Source: Blasia pusilla
Taxonomy: Eukaryota
Direction of reading: 5' to 3'
NCBI GenBank assembly: GCA_050084515.1
Contig: CM114271.1
Location: 23,684,001 to 23,748,000, forward strand
Length of the DNA: 64,000 nucleotides
Of the stretch, positions 63,801 to 64,000 are shown one piece after another; the first letter of the stretch is position 1; every line of letters starts with the position of its first letter. Under the pieces are notes generated by a model that saw only the letters and a list, made by a program, of their open reading frames with translations, made no database searches and had not been told where the DNA came from. The translations under genes were made by a program, and so were the position numbers.

Positions 63801-64000
63801 AGAAGTATGTGTTATAATTTCTGGATCTATGCCACGCTTGGTGAATTGTTGAAAGACCATACGCCGGTGCACTCTCATCTGGTGGTCTCTTGTGTGGTAG
63901 GTGGCCCCGTTCAAGAAGATTAGGAGAGTTATCTTCGTGGACAGTATTCCCAAGAGTGCTGCAGGGAAAACCCTTCGACGAGAGTTAATCACGATGTTGC
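60881..64000 (+). CDS. 4-coumarate:CoA ligase-like acyl-CoA synthetase (AMP-binding family), truncated by the window end
   Basis: Exons 60881-61885, 62123-62318, 62492-62637, 63018-63085, 63209-63311 and 63901->64000. Motifs [26 protein letters not shown] (Box II variant), [25 protein letters not shown]. Confidence 0.92.

Overview
Eukaryotic, intron-containing plant DNA, probably from a seed-free land plant with flagellated sperm (it has both an axonemal CCDC40-like gene and a 4-coumarate:CoA ligase-like gene). Over half the window is retrotransposon. Four Ty3/Gypsy elements from three LTR families are present: E0 1-1768 (3' part only), E1 4473-29418, E2 12015-21736 (nested in E1) and E3 49690-59478. 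They share an unusual design. (i) A DNMT3-like C5 cytosine methyltransferase domain lies between protease and RT. (ii) A conserved in-frame UAG-CARYYA leaky-stop signal separates Gag-PR-DNMT from RT-RH-IN. (iii) The integrase ends in a PHD finger. (iv) The PBS is Tf1-like self-priming rather than tRNA-complementary. (v) The terminal repeats are split and permuted (B-internal-A-B-A), bounded by TG..CA and exact 4-bp TSDs, as if a 2-LTR circle had been opened at an internal CA-NN-TG site. E0 shows only the PHD finger and the 3' A-B-A end, because its 5' part is outside the window. E1 also contains a 1-kb solo LTR and a full Ty1/Copia element. Host genes are CCDC40-like (+, 9 recognisable exons), 60S acidic ribosomal protein P2 (-, 3 exons) and a 4CL-like acyl-CoA synthetase (+, running off the window end). 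All calls come from reading the sequence; no database searches were run.
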